Positions 38,729-47,376 of a stretch of DNA of 64,000 nucleotides are shown here, piece by piece. The notes below the pieces were generated by a model. That model ran no database searches and was not told the origin of the DNA. It saw nothing but the letters and a program-made list of their open reading frames with translations. Made by a program: the position numbers and the translations under genes. The stretch's first letter is position 1, and every line of letters begins with the position of its first letter. This stretch comes from an uncultured virus (IMG/VR IMGVR_UViG_3300030389_004188) (lineage: Duplodnaviria; Heunggongvirae; Uroviricota; Caudoviricetes), in the IMG/VR virus record IMGVR_UViG_3300030389_004188; one strand, 5' to 3'.

Positions 38729-39924
38729 ACTATTTTACTAAGTTTTACGATATGAAACCGTATCTTTTCATAGATGAAAAGGAATGGAAATACATTATGG
38801 AGACTTATGAAAAAGATGAAGTAGTTGATGAATTGGCTAAATGTTTACATACATATCCGTGTCCAATACCACAAATTACTGAAGAAGAATCTTTGAGAAG
38901 TTTGAAAAGACTCAAGGGTGTGAAATGGCCAGATATATTGATGGAAGATTTTTGGTTTCCAAGAAATGAACAAAAATCAAAATACATATTATCACCAAAA
39001 TATTTCAAAAGAGATAATAAAGGTAATAATGCATCAAATCCATTTCACATAGAGACAAGATGGAAAGTTGATTGGACGAGAACACCAAGTGGATGGAAAA
39101 CTTGGCAAACAATTGATGGGATAAAAACAATTGTTAGGGCATTTTGGAGTCTTGAAAAGGTATTGACCAAAGTAGATTTACAAAGTATTAGGATGGCCAC
39201 CACATTACGAAAGTATGTGGCATCACAATTCAAACCAAGTATAGCGAAAGGATTTTATGACTACTTTAGAAGTGGTAATGTACTCGACTTTAGTGCTGGT
39301 TGGGGTGATAGGTTGGCTGGGTTTTATTGTGGAGAGACAACAAAATCATATGTTGGGATTGACCCAAACACCCTCAATCATCCAAATTATCAAAGACAAG
39401 TTGAGTTCTATAAAGAAAACCAAACATTTTTTGAAGAACCAAAAGAGGTAGAGTTTATTTGTGAACCAGCGGAAGATGTGGATTATTCAAAATATGAAAA
39501 TTATTTCGATACAATATTTACATCACCACCTTATTTCAATGTTGAGAAATATTCCGATGAAGATACACAAAGTTACATCAGATATAAAGACATTGATAGT
39601 TGGAATAAAAACTTCTTACATAAGACAATAGAAAAGATAATTCCAACATTGAAAAAGGATGGGATACTGGCAATAAATATTGCAGATGTTTATGATGCAA
39701 AAAACAAAACATATTTTGACATCTGTAATCCAATGAATGATTTTATAAAATCACAAGGGTTGGAATACTATGGTTGTATAGGAATGGAGATGACTAAGAG
39801 ATTCAATAGTGGTGGTGCTGGTAATGCAAAAAGTGAATACTTTAGTGAGGATTTGAAAGATAAAACAAAGGAAACCGAAAATATAGCATTCGGAGAACCA
39901 ATATGGATATGGAAAAAAGCTTGA
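38713..39924 (+). CDS. DNA methyltransferase, SPPY type (tandem paralog)
   Basis: SQFKPSIAK, LDFSAGWGDRL, FTSPPYF, NIAD, EPIWIWKK; ATG at 38713. Confidence 0.85.
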   Translation: MEKIIDYFTKFYDMKPYLFIDEKEWKYIMETYEKDEVVDELAKCLHTYPCPIPQITEEESLRSLKRLKGVKWPDILMEDFWFPRNEQKSKYILSPKYFKRDNKGNNASNPFHIETRWKVDWTRTPSGWKTWQTIDGIKTIVRAFWSLEKVLTKVDLQSIRMATTLRKYVASQFKPSIAKGFYDYFRSGNVLDFSAGWGDRLAGFYCGETTKSYVGIDPNTLNHPNYQRQVEFYKENQTFFEEPKEVEFICEPAEDVDYSKYENYFDTIFTSPPYFNVEKYSDEDTQSYIRYKDIDSWNKNFLHKTIEKIIPTLKKDGILAINIADVYDAKNKTYFDICNPMNDFIKSQGLEYYGCIGMEMTKRFNSGGAGNAKSEYFSEDLKDKTKETENIAFGEPIWIWKKA

Positions 39925-39949
39925 CTTGTATTGCTTTTATTCGTATATT
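39921..39949 (+). promoter_or_regulatory. sigma70-like promoter
   Basis: TTGACT-17 bp-TATATT upstream of the clamp loader. Confidence 0.65.
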
Positions 39950-39974
39950 CATATATGATAAATTAGGAAAATAA

Positions 39975-40892
39975 ATGGAAAATGATACTCTTTTGTGGGT
40001 TGAGAAATATCGACCACAAACACTCGATACATATGTTGGTAACGAACACCTTGTAAAGAAGGTTGGTTCATATATCAAAAATGATGACATACCACACCTT
40101 TTACTATATGGGAAGGCTGGTACAGGTAAGACTACTCTTGCAAAACTAATCGTCAATCAGATTGATTGTGATTATTTATACATCAATGCATCCGATGAGA
40201 ATAATGTTGATACTGTTAGGACAAAGATAAAGACATTTGCCTCAAGTATTGGATTCAAGAAATGGAAAGTGGTTATATTAGACGAGTGTGATTACATAAC
40301 ACCAAATGCTCAGGCTGCTCTTCGTAATCTTATGGAAGTATTTTCTTCACATTGTAGATTTATATTGACTTGTAATTATTTAGAGAGAATGTTACAACCT
40401 ATCGTAAGTCGTTGTCAGACTTATAATATATCACCACCATCTAAAAAAGAAGTTGCTCTTCACTTGAATACCATTTTGAAACAAGAGGATGTCGATTTTG
40501 AAATAAAAGATATGGGTGACATAGTAAATGCAAACTATCCTGATATTCGTAGAATTATAAATACAATACAAAGACAAGTGGTGGATGGTAAACTCGTATT
40601 AGTATCTGAAGAATATAATGATAATTATAAAGTAAAGATTTTGGAATCATTGAAAAATGACAATCCAAAAGATTGTTTCAATAACATACGAAAGATTCTT
40701 GCAAACTCAAAGATAAACGACTTTGTGGATTTGTTTAGATACTTATATGACACGATAGATGATTTTGCAAAGGGTTCTGAAGCCGAGGTTATACTAACAA
40801 TCGCCGAGTATGAGTTTCGTGATTCACAAGTTCCAGATAAAGAGATAAATTGTATGGCGATGCTAACCAAGATTATAGGATATGTAAAATGA
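39975..40892 (+). CDS. Clamp loader AAA+ subunit (gp44/RFC-like)
   Basis: WVEKYRP, GKAGTGKT, INASD, ILDECD, SRC, YPDIRR. Confidence 0.95.
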   Translation: MENDTLLWVEKYRPQTLDTYVGNEHLVKKVGSYIKNDDIPHLLLYGKAGTGKTTLAKLIVNQIDCDYLYINASDENNVDTVRTKIKTFASSIGFKKWKVVILDECDYITPNAQAALRNLMEVFSSHCRFILTCNYLERMLQPIVSRCQTYNISPPSKKEVALHLNTILKQEDVDFEIKDMGDIVNANYPDIRRIINTIQRQVVDGKLVLVSEEYNDNYKVKILESLKNDNPKDCFNNIRKILANSKINDFVDLFRYLYDTIDDFAKGSEAEVILTIAEYEFRDSQVPDKEINCMAMLTKIIGYVK

Positions 40893-41131
40893 CAATGAGA
40901 CCGATGAAACCAATGCCAGGACAACAACAACAAGTACAAGTTGATTTGAGTAAGGCTGAAAGTATCTCGTGTGAGAAATGTGGTAATTATAATTTTATTC
41001 AGACATACTTTCTGAAGAAATTATCACCACTTGTATCACCAACAGGAGAAGAAGCCATAGTACCAATCAATGTATTTTCTTGTGGTAATTGTGGTGAAGT
41101 ACCAAAAGGATTCATTCCAAAAGATGAGTAA
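40889..41131 (+). CDS. Small zinc-ribbon protein
   Basis: CEKC...CGNCG; ATG at 40889 overlaps the upstream stop. Confidence 0.75.
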   Translation: MTMRPMKPMPGQQQQVQVDLSKAESISCEKCGNYNFIQTYFLKKLSPLVSPTGEEAIVPINVFSCGNCGEVPKGFIPKDE

Positions 41132-41678
41132 TTACGAACAAAATTTAGTAAAATTATTTGGTAATGATTATGTGGATAATCTTGTTCCATCTGAAGAAGA
41201 GTTGGAACAAAAGTATAGTATTGAGGATACCAAACAAAAAGGTAAATCTTTATTTGACCACATAACTGCGATTTGTACACAACCAAACAACTATTTTGAA
41301 AATCTAACAGAGGTTGATAAAAAGTCGTGGTCAAATTATATGGTACATCGATTCCTTTCAATGAAAATGGAATGGGTGGACTTTGTAAATGATGTTCAGA
41401 AGTATTGGACATTAGAACCTAAAGATGTTTATAAGTTGTATACAAGTATATTACCAAGAAAAAAACAATGGTTGAAATATATCAAGGGAGAAAAAGATAT
41501 GAGACCCAACGAGGTATTAGAGATAATATCAAAACACTTCAAACTATCATACAGAGAGTCTGTGCAGTATTATGACTACTACATCTCTTCTGAACAAGGT
41601 AAGACCGAACTCGGTGGTATCTTGAGAAAGTATGGAGTAAAAGAAGATGTAATTCGTAGGAAATACGGACTTACATAA
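41124..41678 (+). CDS. Clamp loader small subunit (gp62-like)
   Basis: SLFDHITAI, WSNYMVHRFLSM, ILPRKKQWLKYIK; context. Confidence 0.7.
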   Translation: MSNYEQNLVKLFGNDYVDNLVPSEEELEQKYSIEDTKQKGKSLFDHITAICTQPNNYFENLTEVDKKSWSNYMVHRFLSMKMEWVDFVNDVQKYWTLEPKDVYKLYTSILPRKKQWLKYIKGEKDMRPNEVLEIISKHFKLSYRESVQYYDYYISSEQGKTELGGILRKYGVKEDVIRRKYGLT

Positions 41679-41734
41679 TGTATAATCGGTTTAATAACCC
41701 AAACTTAAATCCAGTTACAATAGAGGGATACAAA

Positions 41735-42307
41735 ATGGCGAAAGGTAAATTGACAGAACTTACTAATTATGAGAAAGCATTGTATGAACACGAATGGGGA
41801 TTAGATACCAAAGAAAAAATAATTTGGTTGAATCAAGAATTCGAGTTATCGACAATTTATGATATCGGAGCAAAATTACACACGATACAGAGGGTAAATC
41901 CTACTGATGACCCAATAACTTTACATATCACATCTTATGGTGGTGATTTGTATTCGGCACTTGGGTTGATAGACACTATACAATCATTTCCTGTGAAAGT
42001 AAATACACACGCAGTTGGTGCATGTATGAGTGCAGGAAGTTTGATTCTAATAAGTGGTACAGGTGAAAGAACTATGACTAAAAATACGACAATTATGGTA
42101 CACGAGGGTTCTTCTTTTGAACACGGAAAAACAAGTGATGTGTTGAGTTCATCAAAACATCTTGAAAATCTTAGGAAGAAAATGATAGAGATGTTTATTC
42201 AACACACCAACAAACCAAAGGCATTTTGGAATAGAATTATGACAAAAGACACATACATTGATTCCAAACAGGCTATAGAATACGGAATAGTAGATAGTAT
42301 AAAATGA
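41735..42307 (+). CDS. clpP: ClpP-like protease
   Basis: ITSYGGD, ACMSAG (Ser), IMVHE (His), DTYID..AIEYGIVD; ATG 41735 after GAGGG. Confidence 0.85.
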   Translation: MAKGKLTELTNYEKALYEHEWGLDTKEKIIWLNQEFELSTIYDIGAKLHTIQRVNPTDDPITLHITSYGGDLYSALGLIDTIQSFPVKVNTHAVGACMSAGSLILISGTGERTMTKNTTIMVHEGSSFEHGKTSDVLSSSKHLENLRKKMIEMFIQHTNKPKAFWNRIMTKDTYIDSKQAIEYGIVDSIK

Positions 42308-43383
42308 CAAGTGTAGATTACCAAGTCCTAAGTAAGTTCGTTGATATTGATGAACGAGATTTGGAGTTTCACAAGATAACAAATGCAATAAAAGAACACG
42401 ATATCGAACACGGTATCGAAGTTATATTTGATTATTATCGGAGACACGGATTTCCACATTATAAAATTCGTGAAGAAGAGAAACACGACCACATAAGAAA
42501 ACTACAAAAGTTCGATGTGGATACTATTTTTATTGATAATCAAATCATACAGACAATGCATTGTTTGAGATTGGCTTGGACATACTTCCCACATTTTTGG
42601 GAAATAAGATGTGGGAGTGCCAAACAATCACCAATGGAAATATTCAATGATGACGAGAAGTTCAAAAAGACTATTCGTAAATGTTGGAATTGGAGTGCAA
42701 AACATTACAAAGGTGAGGAGAATCATCCAAACAATAAGTTTACAGAGAACAGACTTAGACAATCACTAAAAATTTATACAGGAACTCAATCAGTTAGTAA
42801 CTTTAGACCAACTGCTGCAAAACTTATATATGAGAAGTTTGGTGGTGAAGTAGTTTGGGATATGAGTTGTGGTTGGGGTGGTAGATTATTAGGATTCTTA
42901 TCTGCATCAAATACCAAACATTACATTGGTACTGAACCATCTACGAGAACTTTTGATGGTCTGTTGAAGATGAAAAAAGATTTTTCGTATTTTGGGAAAA
43001 AAGTTGATATTTATAAACAAGGAAGTGAGGAATTCAAACCAGAAAAAAAATCACTCGATTTATGTTTCACTTCCCCACCTTATTTCGATACTGAAAAATA
43101 TAGCTTGGAAAAGTCACAAAGTTTTATTAAATTCCCTACAGAGAATGAATGGGTAAATGGTTTTTTGAGAAAGACTATTCAAAATTGTTATGATGGACTA
43201 AAAAAAGATAAATATATGTTGATAAATATTGCAAATACTCCTAAGTATGATTTTATAGAAAAGGAGACTATTGGTATATCAAAAGAACTTGGTTTTACAC
43301 AAGAAGACACATTACAATTGACATTATCAAGTGTAATGGGTGCGGGTTATAAATATGAACCCATATTTGTTTTTAAAAAATGA
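42304..43383 (+). CDS. DNA methyltransferase, SPPY type (third paralog)
   Basis: SNFRPTAAK, WDMSCGWGGRL, GTEP, FTSPPYF, NIAN, EPIFVFKK. Confidence 0.85.
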   Translation: MTSVDYQVLSKFVDIDERDLEFHKITNAIKEHDIEHGIEVIFDYYRRHGFPHYKIREEEKHDHIRKLQKFDVDTIFIDNQIIQTMHCLRLAWTYFPHFWEIRCGSAKQSPMEIFNDDEKFKKTIRKCWNWSAKHYKGEENHPNNKFTENRLRQSLKIYTGTQSVSNFRPTAAKLIYEKFGGEVVWDMSCGWGGRLLGFLSASNTKHYIGTEPSTRTFDGLLKMKKDFSYFGKKVDIYKQGSEEFKPEKKSLDLCFTSPPYFDTEKYSLEKSQSFIKFPTENEWVNGFLRKTIQNCYDGLKKDKYMLINIANTPKYDFIEKETIGISKELGFTQEDTLQLTLSSVMGAGYKYEPIFVFKK

Positions 43384-43400
43384 TAAATGAGAGGTTATAA

Positions 43401-43778
43401 ATGATAAAAGAAAGAACAGAAACATCTGTTGTATCAACTGATGAAGTTGTAGAACTGATGGAAAAAGAGTGGCCAGTAATGACTGCTGAGTTCAAAAAGT
43501 TACAAAGAGAACAATATGAATTGTTCTTACACAAACAACACGATTATGGTCCTGGTAATATTTCAGTTGGAACAGCATTGAAAACACCAGAAGAGGTGAA
43601 ACTATCACTTACAGGTTTGTGGTTTCGTATGAATGATAAGTTACAGAGAGTAAAGACTTTATTGATGAACAATAGAGAATCTGCTGTAAAAGATGAACCA
43701 TTAGAAGATGCATATTTGGATGTATCTAATTATGGGATAATGGCGACAATTGTAGGTCGTGGTAAGTGGGGTAAGTAA
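43401..43778 (+). CDS. DUF1599 / nucleotide-modification-associated domain protein
   Basis: KQHDYG, RMNDKLQR, EPLEDAYLDVSNYGIM. Confidence 0.75.
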   Translation: MIKERTETSVVSTDEVVELMEKEWPVMTAEFKKLQREQYELFLHKQHDYGPGNISVGTALKTPEEVKLSLTGLWFRMNDKLQRVKTLLMNNRESAVKDEPLEDAYLDVSNYGIMATIVGRGKWGK

Positions 43779-44648
43779 TTGTCAGTAAATAGAGTAAGTC
43801 ACTCACAATATTCTGTATGGAGTAATTGTCCTTATCAATGGAAACTAAAGTACATTGATAAGTTAGCTCCATTTTCAGATTCCATACACACTATGTTTGG
43901 TACGAGTGTACACGAGGTATTACAAACTTATCTTGATGTAATGTATAAAAAGTCAATCAAAGAGGCAGACCAACTACCACTTGATAAAATGTTACTTCAT
44001 AGAATGAAAACCAACTATGAGAACATTATGAAAAACAATGGTGGAGAAGAATTTTGTACTGAAAATGATATGAAAGAATTCTTTAGTCACGGAGTATTGA
44101 TATTTGATTTCTTCAAAAAGAAAAGAGCTAATTATTTCTCAAAGAAATATTGGGAGTTGGTTGGAGTAGAAATTCCACTACAGAAGAAATTGAGACCAAA
44201 TATGAACTTTGTTGGGTTCATAGATTTAGTTATGAAAGATACACGAAATGGTAGATTCAAAGTTATTGATATAAAGACATCCACTAAAGGGTGGAATAAA
44301 TATGTCAAACAAGACAAGATAAAATCAGACCAAATTTTGTTGTATAAAAAGTTTTTATCTGAGACTTGGAAGATACCAATTGATAGGATTGATGTAGAGT
44401 TTCTTATATTGAAACGAATGTTATATGAAAATGTGGACTTTCCACAAAAAAGAGTACAACTTCACCATCCAGCAAATGGAACTCCAAGTATGAATCAGAC
44501 TTGGAAAAGATTTGAATCTTTTATGGATGATTGTTATGACGAGAATGGAGATAGAATATTAGACAAAGAGTATACAAAAACAAATACTCAGAAGTCTTGT
44601 AAGTGGTGTGAGTTCAAAGATAAACCAGAAATATGTGATAGGGGATAA
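43779..44648 (+). CDS. Cas4/RecB-like PD-(D/E)xK nuclease with Fe-S cysteines
   Basis: CPYQW, FGTSVHE, GFIDL, IDIKTS, QILLY, CKWCEF..C. Confidence 0.85.
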   Translation: MSVNRVSHSQYSVWSNCPYQWKLKYIDKLAPFSDSIHTMFGTSVHEVLQTYLDVMYKKSIKEADQLPLDKMLLHRMKTNYENIMKNNGGEEFCTENDMKEFFSHGVLIFDFFKKKRANYFSKKYWELVGVEIPLQKKLRPNMNFVGFIDLVMKDTRNGRFKVIDIKTSTKGWNKYVKQDKIKSDQILLYKKFLSETWKIPIDRIDVEFLILKRMLYENVDFPQKRVQLHHPANGTPSMNQTWKRFESFMDDCYDENGDRILDKEYTKTNTQKSCKWCEFKDKPEICDRG

Positions 44649-44650
44649 GG

Positions 44651-45067
44651 ATGCAAGATACCTTTGGCAAACAAGTAAATTATAGTATCAGAATATCAAC
44701 AAAAGGTTGGTTAGGTAATGGAGTATATGAAGACTTTATACTCGATTTCTTGGACGAGGCTTGGGGTAGTTCTGCAAGATTCAAATGTTATTTTTTACTT
44801 CACGATTCAAAAGACCTAAGTGGGTTACAGAAATTTATGAAGACTTGTGAAGGAAAATTACATTGGAAAACAATCATAGAATCAGAACCAAAGGAGAGAG
44901 TTTGGTTCGATATAGGTGAAGTAGATACAAAACTAAATAGATTTTGGTATCAGGCAGATAATCCAGATGGTATAGTTTTAGGTGTTTCCCAATTTATAAA
45001 GGCTGCAGAGTTTTGTTCACAACCAAAACACCAACAGAAACCAAAACAGAAGAGAACCGATGGATGA
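44651..45067 (+). CDS. Hypothetical protein
   Basis: 138 aa ORF tightly packed in the operon. Confidence 0.65.
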   Translation: MQDTFGKQVNYSIRISTKGWLGNGVYEDFILDFLDEAWGSSARFKCYFLLHDSKDLSGLQKFMKTCEGKLHWKTIIESEPKERVWFDIGEVDTKLNRFWYQADNPDGIVLGVSQFIKAAEFCSQPKHQQKPKQKRTDG

Positions 45068-45470
45068 TATGAGAGTAGCAATTGTTGGGAGTAGAGAGTA
45101 TGTTGATAAGAGAAAAGTACGAGACTTTATTTTCAAATGTAAAGAACAATTTGGTACAGACTTAGAAATAGTAAGTGGTGGTCAAAAACAAGGTGCAGAT
45201 GGTTACGCAAAAAAATTCTCATTAGAAATGGATGTAAAATATTCAGAATTTCCACCACAACATTACCCATACAACCAACATTGTATACGACCAAACTATG
45301 AGTATGGTAAGGATTATAGAGTTTATCATTATCATAAAAGAAATAAACAGATTGCAGAATACTCTGATGTAGTTGTTGCATTTATACCAGTAGATAAAAG
45401 GTCAAAAGGTACAGAAAGTTGTTTATTGGAGGCTAAAAAATTGAAAAAAAATATAACCATTATACAATAA
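45060..45470 (+). CDS. SLOG-family (YspA/DUF2493-like) protein
   Basis: AIVGSR, IVSGG..GADGYA, RNKQI, DVVVAF, SKGT. Confidence 0.8.
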   Translation: MDDMRVAIVGSREYVDKRKVRDFIFKCKEQFGTDLEIVSGGQKQGADGYAKKFSLEMDVKYSEFPPQHYPYNQHCIRPNYEYGKDYRVYHYHKRNKQIAEYSDVVVAFIPVDKRSKGTESCLLEAKKLKKNITIIQ

Positions 45471-45509
45471 TGATATATTTATATATAAGTATTTATGAGG
45501 GAAAACTAA

Positions 45510-45704
45510 ATGGATAAGTTCAAATTGACTTCGGTAAAGGTGTTGAAAGATTCATATATAAGATTTAGAAGTATATGTCTCGATGATGATTTTACCTTAC
45601 AAAAATTAGTAAACAGAGCTATAGACAAATATAATCAAGATGAAAATTTTCGAGATGAGATTCGAGACTATACTCAACTACATATTAGTAGTTCAAAATT
45701 ATAG
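45510..45704 (+). CDS. Small ribbon-helix-helix-like DNA-binding protein
   Basis: KLTSVKV beta strand then FTLQKLVNRAI; GAGGG RBS. Confidence 0.55.
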   Translation: MDKFKLTSVKVLKDSYIRFRSICLDDDFTLQKLVNRAIDKYNQDENFRDEIRDYTQLHISSSKL

Positions 45705-45722
45705 AAATAGGATAGGTTATAA

Positions 45723-45974
45723 ATGATAAATTTAAGAGACGACTTAATAAGAGCAAGTGAGTCACATTTTTTAGCACACATTGAGAAACATAGAGTCAAT
45801 GTGGAGAATCTATTAAATAATGCAGTAGGAGTTAGTGAACATTCAGACTTGATGGATACGATAGAAAAAGAGCTGGCAATTATTGCTGAGTATGATGATA
45901 AACTTGAAACTTTAAAAAAATATTTTCCGACAGAATATAATGGAAAAGATACGAAGGAACTTCTAAATGGCTAA
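45723..45974 (+). CDS. Small conserved phage hypothetical protein
   Basis: HIEKHRVNVE..NAVGVSEHSD..IEKEL. Confidence 0.7.
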   Translation: MINLRDDLIRASESHFLAHIEKHRVNVENLLNNAVGVSEHSDLMDTIEKELAIIAEYDDKLETLKKYFPTEYNGKDTKELLNG

Positions 45975-47376
45975 GAAAAAAATATTATTATTATCAGACG
46001 ACTTGAGAATGGCTTCTGGTGTTGGTACGATGTCAAAAGAATTTGTTATGGGAACTGCTCATCATTTTGATTGGTATCAGATTGGTGGTGCTATCAAACA
46101 TCCTGAAGAGGGTAAGATATTTGATATATCTGATGATGTGAACAAGGAACGAGGTATCAAAGATGCAAATGTAAAGGTTCAACCAATTAGTGGTTATGGT
46201 AATCCTAATTTACTGAGAGGAATTTTGTCAGTAGAAAAACCAGATGCTATAATGATTTATACAGACCCAAGATTTTGGGTTTGGTTGTTTGAAATGGAAC
46301 ACGAAGTACGACAAGAGATTCCTATCTTCTATTATAATATTTGGGATGACTTACCTTATCCGAGATGGAATGAAAACTATTATGAGTCTTGTGATTTGAT
46401 TATGAATATTTCAAGACAGACTGTGAACATAGTCAATCAAGTTTGTCAAAGAACACCGAGAACTGAGAAGGATTCTACATACATACCACACGGAATAAAC
46501 GAAGAACTTTTCAGACCATTATCTGATGAAGATACCAAAAGTAAAAAGTATACTGAATTTGTATCCAAGATAAACTCAAGGGGTAAAAAAGATTTTATCA
46601 TTCTTTACAACAATAGAAACATCAGAAGAAAATTACCTGGTGATACTATATTGGCTTATAAACATTTCTGTGACCAATTACCAAAAGAAGAGGCTAAGAA
46701 ATGTTTGTTGATTATGCACACCAATCCTGTAGACAATAATGGAACAGATTTACCAGCAGTTGTGGATGAATTGTGTCCAGACTACGATGTATTCTTCTCG
46801 CATGTCAAACTATCTACTGAGGAATTGAATTATTTATATGGAGTTTCGGATGTTACAATCAATATGGCATCAAATGAAGGATTTGGACTTGCTACTGCAG
46901 AATCCCTAATGAGTGGAACACCAATTATTGTAAATGTTACAGGTGGATTACAAGACCAATGTGGATTTACAAAACAAGTTATAAATAATGATGGTAGTGG
47001 ATATACAAATGAATTACTTACCGTTGATGATTATACTAAAGAATGGGGTTCTAACCACGATGGTAAATATCAAGAGTGTGGAGAGTGGGCATTTCCAATA
47101 TTTCCAGCCTGTCGTTCACTTCAAGGTTCACCACCAACTCCGTACATTTTTGATGACAGATGTAGATTTGAAGATGCAGGAGATAAGTTGAAAGAGGTTT
47201 ATGATTTACCTAAAGAAGAAAGAGTTCGTAGAGGATTATTGGGTAGGGAGTTTGTTTTGAGAGAGGACATTGGTATGTCTTCAAAACATATGAATGAAAG
47301 GTTCATAAAAGATATGGATTGGGCTTTCGAGAACTTCAAACCAAGAAAACAATTTGAATTATCAGAGGTTATATAG
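45967..47376 (+). CDS. Glycosyltransferase, GT4/GT-B
   Basis: YIPHGI, NNRNIRRK, SNEGFGLATAESLMSGTPII. Confidence 0.9.
   Translation: MAKKKILLLSDDLRMASGVGTMSKEFVMGTAHHFDWYQIGGAIKHPEEGKIFDISDDVNKERGIKDANVKVQPISGYGNPNLLRGILSVEKPDAIMIYTDPRFWVWLFEMEHEVRQEIPIFYYNIWDDLPYPRWNENYYESCDLIMNISRQTVNIVNQVCQRTPRTEKDSTYIPHGINEELFRPLSDEDTKSKKYTEFVSKINSRGKKDFIILYNNRNIRRKLPGDTILAYKHFCDQLPKEEAKKCLLIMHTNPVDNNGTDLPAVVDELCPDYDVFFSHVKLSTEELNYLYGVSDVTINMASNEGFGLATAESLMSGTPIIVNVTGGLQDQCGFTKQVINNDGSGYTNELLTVDDYTKEWGSNHDGKYQECGEWAFPIFPACRSLQGSPPTPYIFDDRCRFEDAGDKLKEVYDLPKEERVRRGLLGREFVLREDIGMSSKHMNERFIKDMDWAFENFKPRKQFELSEVI

Noticed and set aside
43779..44648. CRISPR-Cas system suggested by the Cas4-like gene
   Set aside because: No repeat-spacer array or other cas genes are visible; solo Cas4-like nucleases are common in phages.
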